The notes beneath the pieces were generated by a model that had not been told where the DNA came from, searched no databases, and saw only the letters and a program-made list of their open reading frames with translations. A stretch of DNA of 64,000 nt, taken from positions 39,132,124 to 39,196,123 of the forward strand of contig NC_090408.1 of NCBI RefSeq assembly GCF_036365525.1, read 5' to 3'. This stretch comes from Heterodontus francisci (lineage: Eukaryota). A program made the position numbers and the translations under genes. Of the stretch, positions 63,612-64,000 are shown in pieces. Each line of letters starts with the position of its first letter. Position 1 is the first letter of the stretch.

Positions 63612-64000
63612 TCTGGCTCAGTTGATAGCATGTTTATCTATGTCAAAAGGACATGAATTCAAGCCTTACTTCAGGACCGGAGCACATAATTTAGGCTGAC
63701 ATTTCAATGTAGTAGTGACGGGAGTGCTTCATTGTTCGGGGTGCTGTCTTTCGCATAAGATTTTTAATCATGGCTCTATCCACCTATTAGGTTGGTGTTA
63801 AACATCCTGTAGTACTGTTCAAAGAAGAGCAAAGGGTTTTCCCAGTGGCCTGGCCAACCTTTATCCCTCAACCAACACTGCCAAAAAACAGATTAACTGA
63901 CCTTGTACCTCATTTACTGTTTGTGGGACCTTGCTCTATGCAAATTGGCTGTGGTATTTACCTACAAAATAACAGTGACTATACTTCAAAAAAATAATTC
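63612..64000 (+). mobile_element. Deu-domain SINE (SacSINE1-like), running to the window end
   Basis: tggctcagttg head, aattcaagcc B-box remnant, gaagagc...ctggccaac.tttatccctcaaccaac...tgtttgtgggaccttgct core. Confidence 0.75.

Overview
Eukaryotic vertebrate DNA, almost certainly a cartilaginous fish (shark). This is inferred from the repeat set: V-SINE/HE1-type SINE, Deu-domain SacSINE-type SINEs, esterase-ORF1 CR1 LINEs and Penelope-derived short repeats. The window lies inside one gene, IQCH (IQ motif containing H), on the minus strand. Seven exons are well supported and phase-consistent (55341-55892, 54630-54696, 53846-53929, 49748-49923, 44757-45029, 25995-26186, 4487-4607), plus one probable upstream exon (~61933-62150). 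The gene start and end fall outside the window. The introns (up to ~21 kb) are packed with transposable elements: two near full-length decayed CR1s, many CR1/L2 fragments, a young RTE LINE, several SINE families, hAT and Harbinger-type MITEs, a probable solo LTR and a Harbinger transposase relic. Most ORFs in the supplied track are TE fragments or noise. Best leads: (1) a mobile, often palindromic ~130-210 bp repeat whose consensus is a minimal hammerhead ribozyme; (2) the 5' tandem monomers of two different CR1 families, dissimilar in sequence yet each carrying an antisense 67-nt GT..AG cassette and a sense TATA-like box; (3) a tRNA-Phe head joined to a CR1 3' tail; (4) a young RTE that is a horizontal-transfer candidate. 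All identifications come from reading the sequence and recalled consensus motifs, with no database search. TE boundaries without a stated TSD are approximate.
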